A stretch of 63,078 nucleotides of DNA, filler included, from Octopus bimaculoides (taxonomy: Eukaryota): assembly GCF_001194135.2 (NCBI RefSeq). It is 5 parts of 5 records of this genome, joined end to end, with 100 filler letters (N's around TTAATTAATTAA, not from the genome) between each part and the next. Parts side by side here need not be neighbours in the genome. Positions count along the whole stretch, not along the records: positions 19,046 to 24,558 come from NC_069000.1; positions 24,659 to 30,098 come from NW_026384481.1; positions 30,199 to 45,316 come from NC_068989.1; 2 more parts are not named here. One strand, written 5' to 3'. Below the pieces are notes generated by a model, which was given only the letters and a program-made list of their open reading frames with translations, searched no databases and was not told the origin of the DNA. Made by a program: the position numbers and the translations under genes. Positions 23,455 to 36,750 of the stretch are shown piece after piece; position 1 is the first letter of the stretch, and each line of letters opens with the position of its first letter.

Positions 23455-23645
23455 TATCCCAGAAGTGTCTTTTGTACGGATGGCATTGTAAACTATTTTA
23501 GTATTACCGTTAAGCTTCCAAGGTTATGCATAAGTGAGATTGCGGAAAGACTGTCGATAACGTACGTAATACCTTGTACAGAGATGTGACGTAATCGACA
23601 TTTTCGATTGCATCTTGGCATCAATGGCTTCACAGTTTATTTGGT
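23455..23645 (-). mobile_element. T-family RLE LINE internal fragment
   Basis: gaaaatgtcgattacgtcac matches gaaaatgtagattatgtcac of the 22340-23135 copy; 5' junction abuts (CATA)n. Confidence 0.65.
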
Positions 23646-23648
23646 TCA

Positions 23649-23649
<1 letters not shown>

Positions 23650-23679
<30 letters not shown>

Positions 23680-23923
23680 TGTATGTATGTATGTGTGTGT
23701 ATGTATGTGTGTGTGTGTGTTTGTGTGTGTGTGAGTGAGTATGAATATATGTATGTATGTATGAATAAATGTATGTATGAATGAATGAATGCATGTATGT
23801 ATGTATGTATATATGTATGTATGTGAGTGTGTGTGCGTGCGTGCGAGTGCGTCTGCGTGTGTCTATGTATGAATAAATGTATGTATGAATGAATGCATGC
23901 ATGTACGTACGTATGTATATATG

Positions 23924-23957
<34 letters not shown>

Positions 23958-24132
23958 TGTATACATGCGTGTGTGTATGTATGCATATGTATGTATGTAC
24001 GAATGTATGTATGTACGTATGAATGCATGTATGTATGTATTTATGTCTGCCTGTCTGTCTCTCTGTCTGTGTGTCTGTATGTTTGTATGTATGTATGTAT
24101 GTATGTATGTATGTATGTATGTATGTATGTAT
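23650..24132 (+). repeat. (TATG)n compound microsatellite
   Basis: Direct reading. Confidence 0.95.
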
Positions 24133-24134
24133 GC

Positions 24135-24245
24135 TCTCTTCTGCTTTTGATTTTTAAAATTCTTCCTCTGAGGAAGAAGCTGGTTTCTAATAATGTCACA
24201 TTTTAATCTTGAGGCAGCCTTGCATATTTTTAACAATGTTTCTAA
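24135..24245 (-). mobile_element. Probable extreme 3' end of a T-family RLE LINE
   Basis: - strand LKICK motif and a 3' UTR resembling 22340-22400 (aggaactagtttccaacaa vs agaagctggtttctaataa); (CATA)n follows, TATG-rich sequence precedes. Confidence 0.5.
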
Positions 24246-24459
24246 GTATGTATATATTGTAAGCGTATATATTTATATTTGTATATATGTATGTATACAT
24301 GTATGCTAGATGCATATATGTATGTTTATATATATATATATATGAATGCTGTAAGTATACGTCTATGCATTATGTATACTTAACCTGTAAGCATATATAT
24401 TACGCACGAATGTTATGTAAATACGCATGCGTGTATTTTGTATGTATGTATGTATGTAT

Positions 24460-24498
<39 letters not shown>

Positions 24499-25063
24499 AA
24501 CACATACCTGTATGCATATGTAAATATGTATATGTATATATATATATATATATATATANNNNNNNNNNNNNNNNNNNNNNNNNNNNNNNNNNNNNNNNNN
24601 NNTTAATTAATTAANNNNNNNNNNNNNNNNNNNNNNNNNNNNNNNNNNNNNNNNNNNNATATATATATATATATAAGAAAGAAAAAAAATGTAAAAGTCA
24701 CAGAAAGTTTGTATAATAAAGTTTATGGTGATATTAGGATCATTACATCATTACAAATTAAATACGTACCAGTTTCACGATCAAACAATTGCCAACTTAT
24801 ATAGAAAACTTTTTTGCTGTCAATTTTTGAAAAAAGTGAACAGAGATGAAGCAATATGTCAAGGGGAGCAACTCTTATTTTTCATGAAGCTCTTCAGTGT
24901 TTTTGGCAAGCATACAGTTACAGGAGTCATTTCATTTTATATACAGTTAATTATATTACTGTACTAGGTTTTTAAGATTAATCAGTAATGTGTGAATGAG
25001 TGTATATGCATGTATTTTATGCTCTAACATCTCATTTTCTCTCTTGTAAAATATATATGTATG

Positions 25064-25101
<38 letters not shown>

Positions 25102-25239
25102 TATAAATATGAACAGTAATTCATACCTAAAAATTGTGGTTAGCATACATATATAACTTTTTTGTACATGTTGAAATTTCATAATTGAATAAAATAAATC
25201 AATCAGTCCAATAGAAAATGAATGACAAAGCAATTGTTA

Positions 25240-28200
25240 AGATATGAATACTTTCTTCATAAGAGTCATGTCGGACCTCTCGTGACTCAGGTTTGAATAT
25301 GAATGGGTGTCCAGGAGTCAAGTAATTAAGTGACAATTAGTAATACAATTTAAATGAATTGGTGTTAAGTTCAGGTTTGTATTTTTGGATGAAATATGTC
25401 TCTTTATTGAGTCCGGCTTGTGTAGAAGTCCAGTCAGCAAATTTATATACAGGGAAAATAGTGAATTTAGGTTGTATTTGTTTCGTATGTACGTCGACAT
25501 GTTCACTGAGATAAATTTGGTGGTATTATGGTGAGGCTATCTGTTGACGATACACTGTACAATGTTTACAGATAGAATTCCCCGTGCTACCAATATAGTC
25601 TTTCTAGCAGCTTGAGCATCTGATTACATAGATCACATTTTTGGATGCACAAGTGAAATTTGATTTAATTATAAAGTGTTGCCCTTGTTTAAAATAGTAT
25701 TCTGACCCTTCCAAAAGGCTGAGGTATGTACCACAGTTGGGGCGATTACATTTTTTTTACTTTGGGGCTTGTTGTGGAGGGGAATAATTTTGCATTAGTT
25801 AGCAGTTTCTTTAATGACTTAAGTTGTTTGTTGCTTTTGACAATTTTAATGTCATGTAAGATTCTTTTTAGTTTTGGGTCCTTGTGTAGTATTGGTAGGT
25901 TTTGTATGATTGTGCTGAATGCCTCTTTGTTTCTGGTGTTGTGTGTGTAAATGTAGGGTAGTGTTTTAAGGAGATGTTTGTTAATGTCTTTCGTTTTTCT
26001 TAATGTCTTGGTGTTGATAGATTTGGCACATTTTATTCCTTCATTAATGAGTTGGATTGGGTAGTGTCTATCCAAGAGGACATTTTTCAGTTCTTGTAGT
26101 CTTAAATCTCTAGTTTTTTTCTCTGAGACAATAGTGCAGATTTTTCAGGTAAAGTTGAAGGGGATGTTTGTTTTTGTGTGTCTAGGATGGCAAGAGCTAA
26201 AGAGAAGGTATTGTTTTGCATCTGTTGTTTCATAAAATATGTATTCCAATTTTGCTGTTTGTTTTTTTAATTAAAATGTCTATGAATGGAAGTGCCTCCT
26301 GATTGTATTCCATAGTGAATTGAATGCTTGTGTGGCTGCTGTTCAGAAGTGTTTTAAATTCTAGGAGTTTGTTTAAGTTGTTATTCAAGAGTATGAAACA
26401 GTCATCCAGGTATCTCTTCCAATTCTCTTTAATGTATTGGGCGAGAGGGTCTCCATATTTTCGCAGTGAATTCTGATATATTTTTTTCTCTAAGAATCCC
26501 ATTGTGAGGTTGGCAATGGTAGGTGCTGCTCTCGTGCCCATCACAATTCTCGATATTTGGCGGTAGCAGTTGGTGTCAAAAATGAAATGATTATTCTGCA
26601 GAATGAATTTAATTGATTCAGTGATGAAGGTTTTGTTTATTCATTCTGGTATTTCCTCTGGATGTAGTTCTAGCTAGAATCAAATCGCTTCCATTCCATA
26701 ATCATATGGAATGTTGGAGTATAGGTTTATAACATCGAAGGAGACCATGAAGGATTCTTCCCCGACCTGTTCTGGGAGATGGCTCAGCATGTCTAAATCA
26801 TCTCTGATGTAGCTTCTAATATGTTTTAGATGTGGCTTCAGGAGAATGTCCATGAAGTAACTTAATCTGTGTGTCTCACAGGATAGGCCAGCTATGATGG
26901 GTCATAATTTTAGGTCTCCTGGTGTTGGTGTGTGTATGTATGTATGTGGTGAGTTGTTGATGGCTTCATTATGGTTGGGCTTTTGTGGAGGCTATAGAAA
27001 AGGCTGGGTTTGTATTTGAAATTTGTTAAGAAATCTACTTCCTTTTTTGTGAGGCCTTTCCCGTGGGTATGTATTAGCGAGGAGAGGTTTTTCATTATTG
27101 GGGGGGGGGGTTGATTTCTTCATAATAATCATTGTTGTTTAGTAAGGACATGACTAGATTTCTGTAGTAGGATGTGTCCATAATTACCACTGCGCTGCCT
27201 TTGTCTGCTTCTTTGATTGTAATTTCTTTATTGTTTTGTAGTTCATTAATTTTTTTCCATTGGATTTTTTGTTTGTGCAGGGTGTGATAGGGAAAGTTTT
27301 CGATGTATTTGCAAAATTCATCAAGGCTTTTGTTTCTTTCTTTGTGGGAGGTGTATTCGCTTTTGTTCTTGACCAGTGATTCATCCTGATCATCCAAGTC
27401 GGTCAGTGCCTCTGCAAGTCTTAATTTCCTGCAGAACCCTGAGACACTGTCTTTAATTGGCTCTGCAGGGTGTCAGTGTGAATTTGAATCCTTTGGAGAG
27501 GATGTCCATCTTAATGTCAGATAAGGATAAGTGGGAGAGGTTGATTAACTTTGGCTTCTCCTGTGTCTCAGGTTTCACCTTGTTATCTGTTTCCTCTGGC
27601 GTATGATTAAAAAATATTGGTTGTTTGGGTATGGGTTGCTTGTAGGGGGGTTTAGTGTGTGGTAACATTGTTGTTTTGGAGTGTTTCGTGTGTGTGGGTG
27701 TCTGGTGTTAGATGCGGTTCAAAATAGATCCTCCTTTCTCTGGTTAGTGGTTGTGGGATGTTGGTTGTTTTGTGTGTATTTAGGTTGTTCATGTAAAAAT
27801 GAGGGTTTCTGTTGTGTGGGTGGTGAAGTTGAGGGATTAGGTTGTTATGATTGTATGGGTGTTTGCAGAGTCTATGTTCATAATTTTGTGTAGTACCTGG
27901 TGGATGTTACTGAATGTGGTGTAGTCCTGTTCATTATTGTGTGTAGTGCCTGGTGTTTTCAACAGTCCCTGAGGGGCAGGGTGAATATTGTGAAAGTGGG
28001 TGCCAACTAGGTCTTTAGACCATGGAAAGTTCCTGCTCCTAGAGGTTTTTGTGTTTTGTGGGGACCAATATTTCTGGGTAATCTGGGGGCTATACCTGGT
28101 ATTTAGGTATGGTTGAGGGTATCTTGTCATGGTGTTTGTATGGAAGGGGTGTTTCAGGGGTTGTTTCCCATCGTGTTTTCATGGGGGGGGGGGAGTAGAT

Positions 28201-28724
28201 TTGTTTGTTGTCAGGTTTCTTTTTATTGTGTCCTGTTTTATTCTTCAGGTATGGGCTGTCTGCAGTGGTATTTTCTTTAGAATTGGATTCGTACCTGTGA
28301 AAAGAATTGTTATTCTTCTCCTAGCGTAGGAGGGAGGTTATTTCCTCTTTTTCACAAGTTTCATTCCAGAGTTTAACAATGTTTTCAGTTGAGTGTTCGT
28401 CTGTGTATTTGTTTATTTCTTGGAGCATTTTTTCTTTGATGTTTCTGTATTTTTCTTCATTGTTTTAGGATCTTAGTTTTAATAGCTCAATTTCTGAAGT
28501 AAAATGGAAGAGTGCATGTTTTTCCCTAATTTTTGTTTGTTTGGCAGGTTCATTTGGAATTGTTTTACTTTTGAATTTCTGTGGAAATATTGTAGGGGTT
28601 GAATTTTTCCAACAGTCATAGATTTCTGCTTTGTTTTGATTTTTAATCGTGTTCCAGAATGGAAGCTTTTGTTTAAGCAGGTTTGTGTTCCAGATGCTTT
28701 CCACCTCCTATGGAGAACATACAC
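25240..28724 (-). mobile_element. Near full-length Penelope-like element (RT + C-terminal GIY-YIG), multiple frameshifts and stops
   Basis: LSKGFKFTLTP; KEADKGSAVVIMD; MGTRAAPTIANLTMGFLE...KRYLDDCF...SIQFTME...LPFIDILI; YPIQLI; NVIYVIRCSSC*KDYIGST near 25590-25640. Confidence 0.93.
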
Positions 28725-28911
28725 ACTAAACTATTACATCAACAAGAACAGATGTTCAAAGATCTAAACAACCTTTGCACCACACTCAAATCGATTTTCG
28801 TCAACAAACCGAACAACAATGATGAACCCACGAAAAATGAAAACCATCCCAACATCACATCTCCACCTTTCTACCCAACTATATTTATGTGTGTGTGTAT
28901 ATATATAATAT

Positions 28912-29575
28912 ACTAGCAGTATAGCCCGGTGCTGCTCGGGATTAAGCTAGGATTATTAAGTGATCAAGTGCTTTATTTGAAACCAAAATAAGTAACATGG
29001 ACATCAGATTTGAGTGAAATCTGTTAAAATTGGTTTGGCTGAAAATGGTTTGCTGGCAATTTGATTGGGAAATCCCATAAGGAATCAGTTTATTGGTTAT
29101 TTCCACTCATTGACTGTTTTTTTTTAAAGTTGCATTAGAGATTTGCATAGGAAAAGGTTGATCTGAAGGTTTGCACTGAGGATGTGGATTGGAGTAACTT
29201 AGGAAAACTTACCAACAGCCTTAACCAAAAAATAAGGGGCCTGTCCCTTCTAGGTTAACTCTAACCCTAAACTCTAACTCTAATCCTGACCCTAAAACCG
29301 TAACCCTAACACCAACATTAATCGTAATCCTAACACTAACCTTAACTGTAACCCTAATCCTAACCGTAAAACTCTAACCCTAACCCTAAAACCCTAACCG
29401 TAACACCCTAGTGGAAATTGTGCGCTTGTTAATCTGAAAAATTACGAAACCCTTTTTGTGGTCCGAAAAACAGGTTGGGTGGGGGGGCGGTGACTGACAA
29501 ATTGTTACATACATTTTTGTTTCATAGTTATGAAATATAAACAAAACTCTTTCGCTCCCAAAGTAGTATATGTGC
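28912..29575 (+). mobile_element. Possible DINE-1/Helentron-like non-autonomous element with degenerate (CCCTAA)n tract at 29258-29410
   Basis: Starts tactagcagtatagcccggtgctgctcggg (short hairpin cccg/cggg); ends in aagtagtatat; class assigned by remembered resemblance only. Confidence 0.45.
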
Positions 29576-30298
29576 ATGTGTGTGAGAGTGAGAGGGGGGA
29601 GAAAGATGAACGATTTAAAACAAATAAATGATTTAAAATAAATATATTTGAATTGTTGTGTGAGAAAGTATATATAATCTCATTATAGAATATAGTGTCT
29701 TTCAAAAATATCGTATATTTTAAACTATATCTCATATTTAAGAAAAAAAGAATGCCTTTTACATTTTACACTTACTCTGTCTTCCTTACTTACATTTTCA
29801 TTCCTAATACGCTTTCTGCCTCCCTCTACCACTTTTCGTTCTTTTGTTTTTTATTTGTTTTGTTACATGCTAGCAAAGTAAACTCTGTCTTGCTTAGAAA
29901 CATTTGCTTTGATTTCTGTCTGCCTTACCCACTTTTTTCATTTTTTTTTTGGACCCTAGCAAACACTGTATCCCCCCCCCCTGTCACAAACACACTATTT
30001 CTTTCTTTCTTTCTCTCTCTCTCTGTCTGTCTGTCTCGCTCTCTCTCCTTCACGCGCTTACGCACAGATTTGACTTCGCCATGTCAACAAACTTCAAANN
30101 NNNNNNNNNNNNNNNNNNNNNNNNNNNNNNNNNNNNNNNNNNTTAATTAATTAANNNNNNNNNNNNNNNNNNNNNNNNNNNNNNNNNNNNNNNNNNNNAT
30201 ATTATTAACTATTCCATTAAGTCAGTTACGTATTCATATCATATTTCTCTACTACTATTCCAGAAATTAATTCGATCGTCACATTTTCAATTATATTG

Positions 30299-30338
<40 letters not shown>

Positions 30339-30949
30339 TCAGAATTATAACTCATCAAAAATTAGATCCGTTCAGGGAAAAACATATATATACACTGATA
30401 CCAAAACTCTCCGTTAAAAGTGAAAAGCCCTGTGAGTGACAGGAAAAAGTACTACACGCAAAACGACAGAAACTGTGAAATACAGACACATTATTACTCT
30501 CTTCTTTTATTCTTTCTCTCTCTAGTTTACGTATACCATAATAACTCAACATGACCGAACTTTTACTAATCAATATTTTCTATATCCATCGCCGATCACT
30601 TTTAATATTATCTGCTCCTGTCATTGAATTCTGTGAACATTTACTCATTTACGTATGTTTTCTGCTTTTTAGATTTAAATTCTGTTAAAAATCCCATTTA
30701 GTAAAATACAAGAAAAAAGAATAAAATTAGTAACAATACCTATAGGTAGGGGAAGGATGTGAGACGAATATAGGCAGGAGGATAAATAGACATACTAAAA
30801 CACCCGCTAGTAACTTGGAAGGATCTCAGGAGAGTCACGTCCGACAGGCCTACGCTCACCCGTATAACACTAGAGCGAAACTGAAGCGGATAAACAACAA
30901 TGAAGCCTACAACTCACCTCTAACAAATATTATAGTTTATACTTCTATT

Positions 30950-31325
30950 TTGCATAGCAAAAGCGGGGCTTGAACGATTCTCTGGTTTACACCTCAATTT
31001 GTCTTAAATATTAAGGACTTAGCCAAATCATTCTTTCAAATGGTAGACTGTAATTTCCCACGTCACCATTAGTACCATTCAAACCTCAATAGATCTCTCC
31101 TAAAATCATCCTTTTCCTCTCTGCCCAATATAGAGTCTATTGTTACCTCCTCAAATTAACGTAAACTTAAACCCTACTATCTAAGTATATATAATCATAA
31201 CATAGCTCAAAGCTACGAAAACAATAATACCAACCTTGATAGCATACACCGCATCGGCAACCCTAACACTTCAACCAGAATTAACGAAGATAAAACATCC
31301 CCGCTTCCTATGAAGGGCAAAGTGT
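30950..31325 (+). mobile_element. PLE fragment (linker between RT and EN, YRDD-type lineage)
   Basis: TILWFTPQFVLNIKDLAKSFFQMVDCNFPRHH*YHSNLNRSLLKSSFSSLPNIESIV; parallels TW..F..KHFK..KIFNNK..S.SPNL at 42170-42340. Confidence 0.7.
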
Positions 31326-31689
31326 AATATATATATATATATATATATATANNNNNNNNNNNNNNNNNNNNNNNNNNNNNNNNNNNNNNNNNNNNNNNNN
31401 NNNNNNNNNNNNNNNNNNNNNNNNNNNNNNNNNNNNNNNNNNNNNNNNNNNNNNNNNNNNNNNNNNNNNNNNNNNNNNNNNNNNNNNNNNNNNNNNNNNN
31501 NNNNNNNNNNNNNNNNNNNNNNNNNNNNNNNNNNNNNNNNNNNNNNNNNNNNNNNNNNNNNNNNNNNNNNNNNNNNNNNNNNNNNNNNNNNATATACTGG
31601 TATTCACGTCTGTGAATTTTTGAATTTCTAAAATCAAGTGTTGCAATAAAATGTATGTTTACATATTTGGGTACTCAGGGAGAAATTTA

Positions 31690-32330
31690 GCTTCCAGTGT
31701 ATGTAGGTCCCAGTGTATGTCTGTGAATATATTACTTCTTAGCCAGGACTAGGCACCCGGAGATAATATGATTTATTGTTTCTTGTCCATCTCCACATAA
31801 TCTGCACTTACTTGTTATGTTTCTTTTCATTGTATGTTTTTTGTAATTTCTGGTGGGGAGGCTTTGGTTTTGTGCTGCAATTAAACATCCTTCATTCTCT
31901 GCTTTGAGTCCTGATCTTCTCAACCATTGCTGGGATGTTTCTCTATGTATTTCTTTTGCCTTTAGTTTAGCCCAGGATTTGCCATGAAGGGGGTTTTGTT
32001 GCCAACGTCTTATCATGATCCGTTGCTGTTCTAGTTTTAGTTTAGATTTCATTGTTTTATAGCTTTTGTTGTTTCTTCTTCTTCATATTTGTTTGGTAAT
32101 ATGATTTCTTGTAAGTATTTGTCAGCTTCCTTAAATACTGCAAACAGGTTTTTGTTTTGCCCGTGTTTTGTGGCTATTTGTATTACTTTTCTTTGCTCGT
32201 GTTTTGTGGCTATTTGTATTACTTTTCCAGCTGTATAAGGCCTCCACCACCTTCCGTACGTTGTATATATAGCCTTTGTATATCAGATTTTGGGTGGTGC
32301 ATCCTAGATACTGTTATTATTTTTCATGTC
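31690..32330 (-). mobile_element. R4/Dong-like LINE (family D1) internal fragment, truncated at both ends
   Basis: ORF 31732-32052 LHGK...QWLRRSGLKAENEGCLIAAQNQSL...CRLCGDGQETINHIISGC; 32240-32320 matches 2600-2700; 5' junction abuts (ATA)n/(ATG)n. Confidence 0.9.
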
Positions 32331-32334
32331 TTTT

Positions 32335-32339
32335 TATTA

Positions 32340-32391
<52 letters not shown>

Positions 32392-32426
32392 CATCATTAT
32401 TATTATCATCATCATCATCATCATCA

Positions 32427-32467
<41 letters not shown>

Positions 32468-32670
32468 TTTATTATCAGTATTAAAGATTCTATTTTTATT
32501 TTTATGTTGTTTTTATTTTCTCTTTTACCACTGTCTTATATTCTAACCCTTTCTCCTATCTCTCTTTCTCCTCTCCTCTCTCCCTCTCTTTCTCTCTCTC
32601 TCACTCTCTCTCTCTCTCACTCTCTCTCTCTCTCACTCTCTCTCTCTCTCACTCTCTCTCTCTCTCTGTC
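32335..32670 (+). repeat. (TAT)n/(CAT)n and (TC)n-type microsatellites
   Basis: Direct reading; source of the poly-L/I/S ORFs. Confidence 0.95.
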
Positions 32671-33562
32671 TGTTTCTCATAAGCCCACTCAAAAAACCCA
32701 TTTATGTCCAATATACCTCCTCGTTCTATATACATATTTAGAATATGAATGCATCATTCAGATTACTGCCAAATTACTGCCAAATAACTGCCTGAATTTA
32801 ACTATTCGAAATAAAAGCCTGTACCCTCATGGACGTACCGACCAACATCCATGTACTCTGGAAAGAGTTGAGCTGCCTATACTTTTCAAAATACTTTTAC
32901 TCTTTATTGTTCTATTTTCCTAATTTATTCTTCAATTTCATTCTTTATAAACTGTGAATTTTATTCCTTGTAAACTTCAAATTTTTTCCCGTCGAAAATA
33001 TTCGCTCTTTTTCTCTGATAATGGAATACTACGTGCACGGACAACTAACGAACCACTTGTTCGTTAGCATGTGTTATCCCAGAAACGATTGTTAAACTTC
33101 AAATTCACCTTACTCTAATTAGATTATTCTAAATGACTTGAGATACTCGTTCTGCTTTGATTTTTGTCTTTCCTCTAATATAATATATATAAGCTATAAC
33201 GGATTCCTAACACAAATCCCTAGATCCAACTTTAGCTGTGATCTTAGAAACTAGTGCTCAACCAATAATAGCACTTACCCAGCGTTTACCTAACCATTTA
33301 GATTATAGCACTTACTTAACCGTTTATATCACAAGTGAATTAAACTCCTCATATTATTTCTCCCTATATATATAAATTTATATAATTCTTCCATTTTTTA
33401 AATTCTATTTTCTTCTTTATACTGTATTTTTTATTTTGTGTTACGTGTAAATAAACGTCTGAAACTTGTGTTTATGTAACTTACTAATTCTTTCTTTCTT
33501 GTTCCGTCTCCCTCTCTCTCTGTCTCTATCCATACATACATGTATACATACATATATATGTT

Positions 33563-33593
<31 letters not shown>

Positions 33594-35549
33594 NNNNNNN
33601 NNNNNNNNNNNNNNNNNNNNNNNNNNNNNNNNNNNNNNNNNNNNNNNNNNNNNNNNNNNNNNNNNNNNNNNNNNNNNNNNNNNNNNNNNNNNNNNNNNNN
33701 NNNNNNNNNNNNNNNNNNNNNNNNNNNNNNNNNNNNNNNNNNNNNNNNNNNNNNNNNNNNNNNNNNNNNNNNNNNNNNNNNNNNNNNNNNNNNNNNNNNN
33801 NNNNNNNNNNNNNNNNNNNNNNNNNNNNNNNNNNNNNNNNNNNNNNNNNNNNNNNNNNNNNNNNNNNNNNNNNNNNNNNNNNNNNNNNNNNNNNNNNNNN
33901 NNNNNNNNNNNNNNNNNNNNNNNNNNNNNNNNNNNNNNNNNNNNNNNNNNNNNNNNNNNNNNNNNNNNNNNNNNNNNNNNNNNNNNNNNNNNNNNNNNNN
34001 NNNNNNNNNNNNNNNNNNNNNNNNNNNNNNNNNNNNNNNNNNNNNNNNNNNNNNNNNNNNNNNNNNNNNNNNNNNNNNNNNNNNNNNNNNNNNNNNNNNN
34101 NNNNNNNNNNNNNNNNNNNNNNNNNNNNNNNNNNNNNNNNNNNNNNNNNNNNNNNNNNNNNNNNNNNNNNNNNNNNNNNNNNNNNNNNNNNNNNNNNNNN
34201 NNNNNNNNNATATATATATATATATATATACACATATATCCATTTATGTATGTGCGTGTATATGTGTGCGTGTGTGTGTTCGCGCGTGCACACACTTCAA
34301 TAAACTTCATCAGTGGCCTGCATATTAAGACACCCTTTAAGGTGAAAATTATAAATAATTGTAAATAAGGGCACAAGAAAATAATTTCTATGCCAATATG
34401 CTGAGAAATAGACTTTATATCGTCAATAACCGCATACAATATTCTTCACAATAAATACACACCGTATTGAAAACGAGGAAAGCAAGCTAACAGATTCTTT
34501 TCAAAATTTCGTTATCACCGAATGGGACCGATTTCTGGATTAATTCATAAAGGATTCTTCATTCGTCATTGAAGAACACAATAAGAAATAAGTTGCATAC
34601 TTATATATGCCCGTGGAAAAAGCTGGCGACTGATGAAATTTTTGAAAAAAATTATCCTCTATCAAAAGTAAATTTATTACCATTCACTTCGAGATTAGTG
34701 CCCACCCTACGAGAGTTTCCTAACCGAATACACGTCTGTTGGGGCTTGCTACAGAATTTGTATTTGGATATATCTGGGGTATTTAAGTGTACACGCGAGT
34801 TTGCATCTTTTCTCAAAACGTTACTAACCTGTTTTGAAGAGGTTATTTTTTCATAGTGTGTGTGAGCGCATTTAATTAATATTTTCAAATATATGTAATA
34901 TAAATGCAAGAATAGATAGTGAGAGTGAGAGAGAGAGAGACAAATAAATTTGTATCTCTACACTTCTTATATAGAGATTTAGATCCACAAATTTATTCCA
35001 TCAGAAGAACCTGTTGTCACATAGTCGGCTGACTAGGTGTGATTATCGGCGTTCTTTGAACCCTTGTGGTAAATTTCACCATTGGTCTTTACCTTGTATT
35101 ATAATAAAAATCTAAATGTTGAAGTTTTCTTTCCCACTCCAATCATCACAAATTATGTAGGGTGTTATGTAACCTACATTTCCTAAAATTTTGTCCTGGT
35201 AGGCAGACTAAATGAGGTGCAGTATCTATTGATTCTACCCTCAGTTGTTCAAATCCTTTTATGCATCAGCACTTAATTTGTTTAATGTAGAATTTATATA
35301 ATACATCGCTGTGTACCTAATGCTGCTAATAATTTTTGAAGAAAACTATGTGGGTTTTCGGTTGCAGTCATCGTACTGTGATTATGAACATAATACTTTA
35401 TCTTGAACTATTTAGAATTTAAGTTGGCTACAACCGGCCCAAATATTCTGCGTGTGTTATGCTTAAACTAGTATGATCTGTCCCGTCGCACCTACCTTAG
35501 GTATGAGAGGATATTTTAAAAATATCATTCTAAAACTACACAATCACAG

Positions 35550-36750
35550 AATCAAAATTTCGAAGTTATGAGATACAACACGATTAATTAAAAGCAATGC
35601 CAATAAATAAGCTTTACATTTGATAATCTAAAACCTAAATGATTAAGTGAATCGTTGGCATTCTTTGTCTTCTGTGAATTCATACATTTTGAAAGAAACG
35701 TATCTGATACCATTTCATAGCTACACTTTTTTCCGAGTTTTTCGTTACCTTGTATCTTTACATGTGATTCCAGTGTCGTCTGCAAAGTTCGCAAATATAT
35801 ATCTGTCTCATACATTACATAGTCTCCACATAAAAGGAACATTCATAGCATCGTATATAATTTTCTTCAGATGTATTCATGAGATCTTTTTTATTTGCTT
35901 CCAATTTCTTCCAGTTTTATCAAAGCCACCTTCAATTAACAAAGATTACCTTTATCCAAAATTTGACACACTTCGTATTATGTTTCTTTGCATTCTATTC
36001 ATTTGCACTGGATGGTTCATCTAACATATCTTATTGGAAGTTATTTTTCATAGTTTGTTGCTCTTTACCACAGTTATACAACATATTGTTTCATGAGCTA
36101 TATTGCCGTTTCTTAGATATCATCCCGGCTCGAACAAACAAGCTTTTTAATTGATTAAAGAATTTCCACTTTACATAGAATTATTCTGCAACAGATCGAC
36201 CACTATCTATCACACTAGACTGTCACACTATTTATTGACCGAAAGAAAAAAAACTCAATTCTGAGTTAAGCTGGACTAAAAGTGCTGAATGTAGTAGCGA
36301 ATAGAACGAGATATTCTATCCAAAGATCTAACGTTTCTACCAATTCGCTGGTTGTAAAGCTTATTAAAAAACAGTAGTAGGAAATGAATATTCATGAAAG
36401 AGCACGGAATTAAATGAAAACAAAAGTTCAACCGCGAATAAATATTCCCATTTGACCAGAAATTATTCAAGATGCAGAGGAATGCAATCGATTCAGATTT
36501 CAAGATAAAAGTAAGTTCCCCTGAACGTAAACCCCAACTGATCTTTAAGTGAACTCCCTACCTGCAGCTGATATACATTTTCCCCTACATATGTAAATCT
36601 TTTGTAAATTGTTTCATCTTTTTCTTTATTTATCGCCTTAACAAGGAATGTTATTATGACGTATACAATCTCTGAAATATAAGATACTAATTCAGACAAA
36701 TGTCTATCAGTTTCAGTTGTACCCATTCAACACAAGTTCGCATCCTTAAA
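35550..36750 (-). mobile_element. Possible ancient DNA-transposon (Mutator-like) remnant
   Basis: ORF 35588-35842 SKCMNSQKTKNANDSLNHL resembles the CLxGxTQNxNESxN motif; other motifs only weakly visible. Confidence 0.25.

Noticed and set aside
22022-24499. HTYI/MYVC-repeat ORFs (also 8723-9121, 33431-34439, 54895-55269, 60031-60730) and poly-L/I ORFs (2362, 32157, 32276)
   Set aside because: Translations of (TACA)n, (TG)n, (TA)n and (TAA)n microsatellites; no evidence of coding function.
25240-28724. In-frame stops in PLEs as selenocysteine codons (Naiad-like)
   Set aside because: Stops include TAA/TAG and come with frameshifts, and the endonuclease is C-terminal, so ordinary decay.
34440-34910. 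Coding-looking segment (ORFs 34569-34856 and 34652-34909)
   Set aside because: No recognisable domain in any frame and many stops; cannot support an exon or element call without a search.
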